Shown here: positions 22,226 through 30,626 of the stretch, in pieces | How positions within the stretch are numbered: position 1 is the first letter of the stretch | How the letters are laid out: the number at the start of each line of letters is the position of its first letter | NCBI GenBank assembly: GCA_963693055.1 | Contig: OY843751.1 | Coordinates: 32,001 to 96,000, forward strand | DNA from: a bacterium | GTDB lineage: Bacteria; Zhuqueibacterota; Zhuqueibacteria; Residuimicrobiales; Krinioviventaceae | DNA length: 64,000 nucleotides | Direction: 5' to 3' | Notes under the pieces: generated by a model | Told to the model about the DNA's origin: nothing | Databases searched by the model: none | Seen by the model: only the letters and a program-made list of their open reading frames with translations | Made by a program: the position numbers and the translations under genes

Positions 22226-22951
22226 TTATTGTAATTTCCTGATTCGGATGTCAATATTCTGGTCGTCTTTGAACAATTTCAGCAATTGGTTTGTATCGGT
22301 TTCGCCAAAATGATAGGGATACAGTACCGCAGGTTTAATTTTGTGGGCCGCATCAGCTGCCATTTCCGGTGTCATGGTGTAGGGCAGATTCATGGGTACA
22401 AATGCAATGTCGATTTTGCCGAGGTTAGTCATTTCGGGTATGTTTTCCGTATCTCCTGCGACATATACGTGTTTATCACCAAAGGTGATGACATAGCCGT
22501 TACCATTGCCTTTGGGGTGATAGGGATTGCCTTCACCGCGCATATTGACAATGTTGTAGGCTGGTACTGCCTTAATGGTTAGTCCTGATACGTTTTTTGT
22601 ATCTCCATTGTTCATGACCGTGCCTTTGCCAAGTTTGTCAAAGCAAATTTGCGTGAGCAGAATCTTTGTGCTTTCTTTGCTGGTCTGCTTAATGGCGTTG
22701 GCGTCGAGATGGTCACCATGCTCATGAGTGATCAGAATAATGTCAGCTTTGGGCAGGGTGTTATAATCTGCCAGACGTGTCCATGGATCGATTTGGACCA
22801 CTTTGCCATCAAATTTCATCATCAACGTGCCGTGACCAATGAATGTGATTTTCAAGTCGCCTTTTGATGTGGAAAAAGTATCGGATTCGAAATCGTTTGC
22901 TGCAAAAATCATAGATGAGAGCACTAAAATTATTATGAATATTTGTTTCAT
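22226..22951 (-). CDS. Secreted MBL-fold metal-dependent hydrolase
   Basis: THEHGDH, VPAYN, AGDTE, MNLPYTM, YPYH. Confidence 0.9.
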   Translation of the reverse strand: MKQIFIIILVLSSMIFAANDFESDTFSTSKGDLKITFIGHGTLMMKFDGKVVQIDPWTRLADYNTLPKADIILITHEHGDHLDANAIKQTSKESTKILLTQICFDKLGKGTVMNNGDTKNVSGLTIKAVPAYNIVNMRGEGNPYHPKGNGNGYVITFGDKHVYVAGDTENIPEMTNLGKIDIAFVPMNLPYTMTPEMAADAAHKIKPAVLYPYHFGETDTNQLLKLFKDDQNIDIRIRKLQ

Positions 22952-23002
22952 TGTGTCCTCCTTGTTGGCAATAGTATAATAGATTCGTGCTTATAATGCA
23001 AT

Positions 23003-23038
23003 AAAAAAACCGCAAGCTGTATTGAATAGCTTACGGTT
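23003..23038 (-). terminator. Intrinsic terminator
   Basis: Minus strand AACCGTAAGCT...AGCTTGCGGTT plus a T run, just past the stop at 23063. Confidence 0.7.
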
Positions 23039-23062
23039 AATAAAACAGTACGAGTTTAAGTT

Positions 23063-24286
23063 TTAATTCAATAGATATTGTTCAAGCAATACATTTTCAT
23101 CGGCAAGCTGCATCCAGATTTTCAGGTATCCGGTTTCGGTACCTGAAATGATTTGACCAATCTGCACATTGTTTTCCAAAAGACTTCCCTGGACGATCCA
23201 ATAAGAATCCAGCTCTGAGGGTTTAGAGTTGAAAAAGGCCTTGCGGATAACCACATCCTTGAGCGCGTATGTGGTATTGTTTTGTACCCAGGTGCTGTTG
23301 GAACGACGCTCTACATTTTCAACAAAGTTGTCTACATAAATGCTTTGATAATGATAATATTCATTCATTGTCATGGAAAAGTCAGTACTGGAAAGAGTTC
23401 CTGATATCTGTTCTTCATTCTCATATGAACTGCCAGAGCCCACATCAAAGCTGTAGGTACCTTGCAAGTCAATGTCGACCTGCCAGGTTTTGTTTTTATA
23501 AACCACAGAACCTTTCAATGTCCCAAGTTTTTGACCGTTATTCTGATATGAATAGATCTCAATGTCTGTTCCATCACTGATCTGCATGGTAATCTGAAAT
23601 TCGTGCGGCTGCTGTAAAAAGTTTTCACTGTTACTGTTAAAATCGCCATCCATTTTGCTGATCAGAAAATCGACTGTTGTACCGTTTGAAAATTTTACCA
23701 CCAGTTTGTCATTGGGTGAGGCAGAGTAGGTGAAATTGTCGCTGTTGACAGCAGTTTGCGTCAAGGTTCCTGTTGTGATCAGGGTTTGGCCGCCATTGAT
23801 CAAGCTGGCCTGCCAAACCGCCTCGGCTCCCAGTGCGAGCGCTTCTTCTCCTGTGGATTTCATATATTGCGGGGTGTTATATCCGTCTTGAGCAATTGTT
23901 GATAATTCAACCGGAGGTTTAGAAATCGTTACAGTCGAAACCCCTTCTTTAGTTGCGTCTGCATTTGAAATAACCTTGACTATGGCTGTTACGGATTGGC
24001 CGGAAATAATTGAAGGTGCTGTGTATAAACCATTCTGGGTTATGGTACCAATGTCATTTTCAACAATCCAGGTAACTGCAGTGTCTTCAGTACCGGAAAT
24101 GGTAACTGAAAATTGCTGTGTGCCACCCGGTTCAAGTGTAACGGTGAAAGGGCTGATTGATACGGTTATCTCAGCAGCAGGTGCTGTAGGGTTGTTTGAA
24201 GAATCTCCACCACAGTTGATGATCAGCAGAATACTGATTGTCATAACTGTAAAAATAAGCGAAATATGTTTAATTGTACTGTTCAT
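23063..24286 (-). CDS. Lipoprotein with N-terminal Ig-like domain
   Basis: LLIINC lipobox; VSISP...GGTQQFSV...VTW...GLYTAP Ig-like motif. Confidence 0.75.
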   Translation of the reverse strand: MNSTIKHISLIFTVMTISILLIINCGGDSSNNPTAPAAEITVSISPFTVTLEPGGTQQFSVTISGTEDTAVTWIVENDIGTITQNGLYTAPSIISGQSVTAIVKVISNADATKEGVSTVTISKPPVELSTIAQDGYNTPQYMKSTGEEALALGAEAVWQASLINGGQTLITTGTLTQTAVNSDNFTYSASPNDKLVVKFSNGTTVDFLISKMDGDFNSNSENFLQQPHEFQITMQISDGTDIEIYSYQNNGQKLGTLKGSVVYKNKTWQVDIDLQGTYSFDVGSGSSYENEEQISGTLSSTDFSMTMNEYYHYQSIYVDNFVENVERRSNSTWVQNNTTYALKDVVIRKAFFNSKPSELDSYWIVQGSLLENNVQIGQIISGTETGYLKIWMQLADENVLLEQYLLN

Positions 24287-24344
24287 AAATCACCATATAT
24301 ATATTCTTTACAATTAATTTCAAATAAATATTTTTCATAAAATT

Positions 24345-24372
24345 TATCCGGGAGGTGTGAGCCTCCCGGATA
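24345..24372 (-). terminator. Hairpin, probably the original terminator of the M4 peptidase gene
   Basis: Perfect 11-bp stem TATCCGGGAGG/CCTCCCGGATA; AATTTT follows on the minus strand. Confidence 0.6.
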
Positions 24373-24449
24373 TTGTATATTACTTAAAGTTTAGTGCATA
24401 TGACCATAGGAATCATTGTTTTAATAAAAACAGAAATAAGGAGATTCTT

Positions 24450-25289
24450 ATGGCAGATGTTAAAAATAATTATGGTTTAAAAAGACTCGAATCCAAGACA
24501 GCTAAAAACGCTATTGTCCAAAAACTGTCTCAGGATTTCAATTTGACTCCTATTATTGCCGAAGCTTACTATCAACAATTTGACCAATACTTTCAGGAAC
24601 ATTCCAACATTTCATTATCAGGAGGTGAAGTCGCTTATGAAGCTGTTGCCGCTGAAGAACCAGCCGGCAAACATATCAGATTAACCCGAAAGCTTACGGT
24701 CCGTCTCAAACTAATTGACTTTAATACAGATCTGCAAGCCCTGGCTAATTATGGCCTTGCCGGACTTAGACGACACCGGATCGCCCGTCTGACTCGACAA
24801 GCCTATGATCAGGGTGCTTTACTCAGCTATGAAGACCTGGCAATGCTTTTAACCACCAGTCCGGCCACTGTTAAACGTGACATTTATCATCTCCGTCATC
24901 ACGGTATGTTTATCATGACACGAGGTATGAAACATGACATGGGTCCCGGACTGTCTCATAAAACCATCATTATTGATCTGTATCTTAAAGGTTATACCTT
25001 TTCAGAAATAGAACAAAAAACCAATCATTCTGAAACCAGCATCAAACGTTACCTCGCTGACTTTATGCAGATCGCCCTTTTATACAAGGAAAATTTCTCT
25101 CCGAACCAGATTCGACTCATTGCAAAGAAATCCGACCGCCTGGTGCGCGAGTATATCCAACTCTACCAAACCTATCTTCAACAAAACAATACGCGATTAA
25201 ACGATCTGTTATCTCCTGCGGAACCTGGTGGCGACGCGAAAAAAAAATCCATTCCTCAACATCTATCAGGAGGCAAAGAAAATGAGTAA
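24450..25289 (+). CDS. DUF1670-like protein A
   Basis: AAGGAG RBS before ATG 24450; AYDQGALLSYEDLA, TRG..HDMGPGLSHK, HSETSIKRY. Confidence 0.8.
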   Translation: MADVKNNYGLKRLESKTAKNAIVQKLSQDFNLTPIIAEAYYQQFDQYFQEHSNISLSGGEVAYEAVAAEEPAGKHIRLTRKLTVRLKLIDFNTDLQALANYGLAGLRRHRIARLTRQAYDQGALLSYEDLAMLLTTSPATVKRDIYHLRHHGMFIMTRGMKHDMGPGLSHKTIIIDLYLKGYTFSEIEQKTNHSETSIKRYLADFMQIALLYKENFSPNQIRLIAKKSDRLVREYIQLYQTYLQQNNTRLNDLLSPAEPGGDAKKKSIPQHLSGGKENE

Positions 25290-26106
25290 ACCTTTGACTA
25301 AAGAACAAATTCAACTCAAAAAAATGAGACGACTTAAAGATAAAGATCTCAAGCAGTTACTACTGTACAACTTTTTGAATAGCTATGGCTATGACAAAGG
25401 AGCCATCACTGCCAATGCCATCATTGATGATATCCTTAAAATCATTGATGACTATTTCCTTGTCTCCTCTATTGATGATGACTTGCACCATATTCACTAT
25501 GGGCAACTCGTCTGGATGGCTGTTCCTGTCGATGAATACCCCAAACGCGGAAAAAGTATTGCCGCTACCCGAATGAAACCCGTTGTCCTCTCTTTCATTA
25601 CTGATCAGGATACTTCTCATATCGCGCATGGTTTTGATTCCAAAACTTTAAGGAAAAGACGCCTCAAACGTTGGGTTGATGAAGCTTTTGATCAAGGTGC
25701 TCTGCTTACTCAACTTGACCTGGCTATGTTACTCGGTGTCTGTGATGCCGTTGTCAGTAAATATGTAAATGAAATCCAAAAAGAAGGGCATCTCTTACCA
25801 ACGCGTGGCAACATCCATGATCTTTCCGGCGCTATTACTCATAAACGCGAAATTATCACTCTGTATCTTGAGGGATATCTCACTCCCGAAATCGCTTTGA
25901 AAACCAAACACAGCAACGAAGCGGTTGACAGGTATATCAAAGATTACCATCGTGTTGAATTACTTTGGAAGCATGACATTAAAAACCTTGATCAAATCAG
26001 CCAGCTGGCAAGACTTTCCAAACGTGTCATACAACAATATGTTGATCTTTTGCCTGATAAAATTAAAAATCAAAGGAGTCAGTTGAATCTTTCAAAGAAC
26101 AATTAG
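25282..26106 (+). CDS. DUF1670-like protein B
   Basis: AGGAGG RBS; ATGAGTAA overlap with gene A; AFDQGALLTQLDLA, PTRGNIHDL...THK, HSNEAVDRY. Confidence 0.8.
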   Translation: MSKPLTKEQIQLKKMRRLKDKDLKQLLLYNFLNSYGYDKGAITANAIIDDILKIIDDYFLVSSIDDDLHHIHYGQLVWMAVPVDEYPKRGKSIAATRMKPVVLSFITDQDTSHIAHGFDSKTLRKRRLKRWVDEAFDQGALLTQLDLAMLLGVCDAVVSKYVNEIQKEGHLLPTRGNIHDLSGAITHKREIITLYLEGYLTPEIALKTKHSNEAVDRYIKDYHRVELLWKHDIKNLDQISQLARLSKRVIQQYVDLLPDKIKNQRSQLNLSKNN

Positions 26107-26231
26107 TTGCTTTTATATTTCCCTTTTATTACTTTCAGAATGACAGATCACCAAATTTATTAATGATCTGACGCTCCGTTGTATTTTTAGGGGGTTTTAT
26201 AAATTTCTTTTTCTCCTCTGGTCATATGATA

Positions 26232-29200
26232 CTATTTTAATAATAACATTTTTTGTGTTTCAGTACCCATTGGAGTTGTTAAGCGATAGTAATAAATGCC
26301 GCTTGGTAAATCCTGACCGTTAAATTTGATTTGATGCGATCCCGCGGTATAAAATCCATCTGCCACCGACATGACATTTCTACCCAGAACATTATAAACA
26401 TCCAAACGCACATTCATGTTCTCAGGCAGATCAAAACGTATGGTTGTTTCCGGATTAAAGGGATTGGGATAATTCTGATGCAATGTTAATGCGGTAGGTA
26501 TTTTAATATCATTCTCTTCTACTGCAGTTTCGGGACGAGTACCTCGTGTTACCCATAATGGATAAATTGCACCGGTCAAAAACTGAAAATCATCACCTGC
26601 ACCGGTTATACCATCAGTAAGCAAGCTGGCTACAAATACACCATAATTATTTCCATCGGTATATTCGTAAATTACTGCCGAGTCATCTGAAGAAAAATCA
26701 GGTCTAGAGATCGCGTAACCATTTCTTGTGATCACACCAACATCACCCGTCTCCAGGTTGGCGCCATAAGCGGTAACCTCTCCGTTTGCGTCTACAAAAT
26801 CAAATGCCATAATATAATCATTGTTGGATGCCAGAACGGGATTGCCCAGGTTCACACCAATATCCTGTGGAGGAAAAGCACGGATTACTGTGCCGTCTGC
26901 AATACGTAAAAAGTTGATATCCCAATAATCCAGGGTGTCACCGGTTGCGGTAGCCGCTATATTATATGCATCATAAACCAGATACTGACTGTCAAGGGTC
27001 CAGTCCATTGCATCGGCATACAATACCGTAGAGGATTGTGCGCCTTCGGTATAGGTTTGCGCGTAAAGCGGATACTGGTAAACATTGTCTGTATTGACCA
27101 TGTCAAACAGATAGATCAGGCCATCCGCAACGTTTGAAGTTGCTGCAATATAGTTACCATTGGGTGAGTATGCCAGGTTCCAAAAGGTTCCTGAATCGTC
27201 CAACTGCTGTTCCGCACTGCCATCAATAGCTACGATTCTGGGATTGTAATCATAATCCACAAACAATACAAATTCACCATCGTCTGTTATTGAAGGTTTG
27301 TTCAGCACGGGAGAAGCAGAAATCATTTCAATGGTTTCCGCGTCTAGACTAATGCGATAGAGTGCACGGGTCCCGGAATCTACAGCCAGGATCCAATCAA
27401 TGCCTTGTACCTGAGGTTCAATATCGGGTAATGTAGAGCCTTCACCATCCAAAATCCCTACAGTATCAAACGCATTTTGAACCGCCTGATATTCTGTTGA
27501 ATTTTCTCCATAGAGATCGGAAGCTGATTTTAAAATTGCAATTCTGGCGTCAATGAATTGTGAACTGCGAGTCAGGTAAACTGAAAGTGCACGGTAATAA
27601 ATTTTTTCTGCTTTTTCAATGCCGATATTCAGGGCAACTTGATAAAAAGCCCTGTTGGGTATACCACTGTTCACGTGAACACCACCATTGTCGCCATCTT
27701 CAGTATTGGGGAGATTTTGATATTGATTCATATGTCCTGGCTGTTGGCCTCCGCCTACATTGGGGCCATCCGGTTGGATCATATCGCGAAGTGCGTCATT
27801 GGCAATAGAGGGGGTTGTTACATCTTCGCCCACCAACCAGTCGCCGTTTGCGCCTTCATGGTAAAATTCTGCTGCAACGCCAAAAACATCGGCAAAGGAT
27901 TCATTCAAAGCACCTGACTGTTCTTCATAGATCAGGTTTGCTGTATGTTCAATAACACCGTGGCTCATTTCATGAGCGGTTACATCCAACGCACCGGCAA
28001 GATCGCTGAATTGTTGACTGTCGCCATTGCCAAACACCATAAACTGGCCATTCCAGAAAGCATTGTTGTAATTATTATCAAAGTTGACCACAATGTACAT
28101 GGTGCCGCCTTTACCGTCAATGCTGTTACGGTTGTGGATATTGCGATAATAATCATAAACCACACCGCCATTTGCAATTGCACTGATAGCATTGGGCACG
28201 CTCCATGAATTTGCATTGGTTGATGTGTTGTAATACAGTTGGCTGCCATCTCCGTTTTGAGCGTCAAGCACAACAATACCGCCTTCCACGTTGTCTGGGA
28301 GTTGAGATTGCCCTGCGTTGTACATGGGCTTGGAGGTATCGATCAAATAGTGATCACTACCGATTTGATATGCGCCAAAATTTCGGGTATTACCTTGCAG
28401 ATCCATACCACTTGCGTTTACTGCGCCATCATAACAGATGCGGTTAATTTTCTTTAATACATTTCCAGAATGGGCGTCAATTACAATATCCCAGTTTTCG
28501 GCCAGTGTTGGTTTAACGTTTACAATATAAGTCAGGGGGAATTCGTCCTGCATGGGATAAATTACCAGTCTGCTTTGTACCGGAACAGAGTCAGTATCTT
28601 TTAATCCCAGGTATTGTATTGCCTGGATCTCTGCATTACGAGCAGTAACGGAAGGTTGAATATCAAGAGATTTGGGCAAGGGTGTTGTGCGTCCGTTTAT
28701 ACCTACCAGTTTGTTATCTTTATCAAAATGGTAATAAAGGTCACGACCATATACCGGTACATTTGCAAAAGATTGATGCATACGTACATGGGTCATGCCC
28801 AGCGCGTCGGTTTGTTGTTTGACAAAAACCAGCTTGTCGTCCTGGTTTTCAAGACCCAGCAATCGTTTTGCCCTGGGAGCAAAAGCGTTAAGAGATTGGT
28901 TGATGGTGTTACCTGACATTTCATCAGATAACAGATTTTCCGCTTCGATAAATATGGGACTGCTGCCGTCCTGTGACCATTCAATCTGAATGTTACGGTT
29001 CGGGTCTCTTATGAGTTCAATCAATGCCTGTTTTTGGGCAGCGGGTAATTGATAATTGATTGTGTTTTTTTGACGTTTAGCCGTTTTGGGGGCGTTTCTA
29101 AACTGACTGATTTTTTCGCTGATTGTTTTTAGTTTTGCCTGTTCGATACCGATTGTTTTGTCGTTAGCAACCGGACGGGTGTTTTTTTTATCCGTTAATG

Positions 29201-29270
29201 CATTTGTGGATGAAAATGCCGTCCCTGAGAGAAACGCGCATAAAAGTAATATAGCCGTAACATGTTTCAT
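26232..29270 (-). CDS. Secreted M4 (thermolysin-family) metallopeptidase with propeptide, TolB-like propeller and C-terminal sorting domain
   Basis: NNAFWNG, HEMSH, GALNESFAD, GGVHVNSGI, QNYPNPFNP. Confidence 0.95.
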   Translation of the reverse strand: MKHVTAILLLCAFLSGTAFSSTNALTDKKNTRPVANDKTIGIEQAKLKTISEKISQFRNAPKTAKRQKNTINYQLPAAQKQALIELIRDPNRNIQIEWSQDGSSPIFIEAENLLSDEMSGNTINQSLNAFAPRAKRLLGLENQDDKLVFVKQQTDALGMTHVRMHQSFANVPVYGRDLYYHFDKDNKLVGINGRTTPLPKSLDIQPSVTARNAEIQAIQYLGLKDTDSVPVQSRLVIYPMQDEFPLTYIVNVKPTLAENWDIVIDAHSGNVLKKINRICYDGAVNASGMDLQGNTRNFGAYQIGSDHYLIDTSKPMYNAGQSQLPDNVEGGIVVLDAQNGDGSQLYYNTSTNANSWSVPNAISAIANGGVVYDYYRNIHNRNSIDGKGGTMYIVVNFDNNYNNAFWNGQFMVFGNGDSQQFSDLAGALDVTAHEMSHGVIEHTANLIYEEQSGALNESFADVFGVAAEFYHEGANGDWLVGEDVTTPSIANDALRDMIQPDGPNVGGGQQPGHMNQYQNLPNTEDGDNGGVHVNSGIPNRAFYQVALNIGIEKAEKIYYRALSVYLTRSSQFIDARIAILKSASDLYGENSTEYQAVQNAFDTVGILDGEGSTLPDIEPQVQGIDWILAVDSGTRALYRISLDAETIEMISASPVLNKPSITDDGEFVLFVDYDYNPRIVAIDGSAEQQLDDSGTFWNLAYSPNGNYIAATSNVADGLIYLFDMVNTDNVYQYPLYAQTYTEGAQSSTVLYADAMDWTLDSQYLVYDAYNIAATATGDTLDYWDINFLRIADGTVIRAFPPQDIGVNLGNPVLASNNDYIMAFDFVDANGEVTAYGANLETGDVGVITRNGYAISRPDFSSDDSAVIYEYTDGNNYGVFVASLLTDGITGAGDDFQFLTGAIYPLWVTRGTRPETAVEENDIKIPTALTLHQNYPNPFNPETTIRFDLPENMNVRLDVYNVLGRNVMSVADGFYTAGSHQIKFNGQDLPSGIYYYRLTTPMGTETQKMLLLK

Positions 29271-29313
29271 GTTTAACTCCTGAGATGATTGTATTTGCCA
29301 ACTGCGAAACTTT

Positions 29314-29742
29314 TTAAAGATCTGAGCAATACTCGTAAATATCCTGATACAGCGATGTTAACACCAGTGGTATTTCCTGCGAGTTGAGTGTAGCCGGAAA
29401 TCTCCATTGCCGTGTTGTATCCTGCTGTTGTATTGTCAGTAATCTTGACATATTGGAAGATTGGTCGATATTGATATCGGTGAGTGATGATTCGATGGTT
29501 TTTTTGAATTTATAGATTTTTTTTGAATTACCGGATTTTTCCCATTCAATTTGTTCGTCTTTACCCGGCATTTGAGTCCATTTTTGTACGAGCCCTGTAT
29601 CATCCATGTGAAATCCAAGGCGTTGACCTGTAATACCACCGCCTTCAGAAATTGTGATCCGATACGGTCCGGATTTACCGGATTTGCTGCCCGCGCATGA
29701 AAACAGCATTAATACGGATAACATAATAACTGTGACCCTCAT
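29314..29742 (-). CDS. Small lipoprotein upstream of the M4 peptidase
   Basis: LFSC lipobox; ISEGGGITG motif. Confidence 0.75.
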   Translation of the reverse strand: MRVTVIMLSVLMLFSCAGSKSGKSGPYRITISEGGGITGQRLGFHMDDTGLVQKWTQMPGKDEQIEWEKSGNSKKIYKFKKTIESSLTDINIDQSSNMSRLLTIQQQDTTRQWRFPATLNSQEIPLVLTSLYQDIYEYCSDL

Positions 29743-29856
29743 ACTTTTTATCCTTCCCTTTAACTATAGTTTATAGGTTGAATAACAAGTAAATTATACG
29801 GTTATATTCCGTAAATGAATGTAATTCGGGTCACATTTTGTAAAGGTTAGATTTTT

Positions 29857-30423
29857 TTATATTCTCCAGGCATAACCCATTTTGGCAAAGAATACACGGT
29901 CTGTTCGGGTTAATGGATCTACATGATCACCCCAGTAATTGTCTGAATAGCCCAGAAACAGTACTGTTTGGGGATTGATTTTGTATGAAAACAGGAATTG
30001 GTTGAAAAATGTCTTTTCTTTGGGATCAACGTCATCGTCTTTGTAAAGCGAGACATTGCAGTCGTATACCATTTTTTGTAATATTGCCCGCACAAAGATA
30101 CGTTTTGAAAATTGATATATGACTTTGAATTTACTCGAATTGGCGGTATATAATCTTCCCGGAGCTACATCCAGTTTTTCCCAGGTGTGCCCCATTTCCA
30201 GGTTCAAATGTTTGCCGGGACGTACTTCAATATTGGTCTCAATCACCAAAGCGTCTTGCCAATAGGGCTCATCCAGTACTGCGTCTATTTTTATATCAGA
30301 GTTGATTCTGGGTACTTGCAAGGGCGTTCGGGTGGTATCATTTGTATTAAACAGGGCAAAGGTACAGGAGAAAGGGACCAGTAAAAACAGAATGGTCCGT
30401 ATAACCGGTCTGATCAAATGCAT
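29857..30423 (-). pseudogene. Internally deleted CBM9/DUF5916-like outer-membrane protein
   Basis: N-terminal IKIDAVLDEPYW joined at about 30214 to C-terminal barrel strands FLFSYKINPQTVLFLGYS...FFAKMGYAW; only 188 aa. Confidence 0.6.
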
Positions 30424-30626
30424 GAAATTCTCCGTATATTAAGATATGGTAATAATTGTAGACAATTCGGTGTGAAAATGGTTTGCAAGGGAACCAGTAC
30501 AAGCGCATTGTCTTTTATACAAACCATGATCCCGATAAAAGGTTACAATGTCAGAAAGGTTGTTGATTTATTTTATATACGGTGAAAAAAGAAGACGGAT
30601 TTCAAAATAATGAATAATATTCAATG

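Larger units (their letters stand above)
24397..26228 (+). mobile_element. Candidate mobile element carrying two DUF1670-like genes
   Basis: Terminal inverted repeats CATATGACCATAGGA (24397-24411) and TCCTCTGGTCATATG (26214-26228), 14/15 match; genes face opposite to both flanks; separates a stop codon from a terminator-like hairpin. Confidence 0.7.

Noticed and set aside
24357-24449. N-terminal extension of DUF1670 gene A from GTG 24357
   Set aside because: It starts inside the hairpin and crosses the proposed element end; ATG 24450 has a proper RBS.
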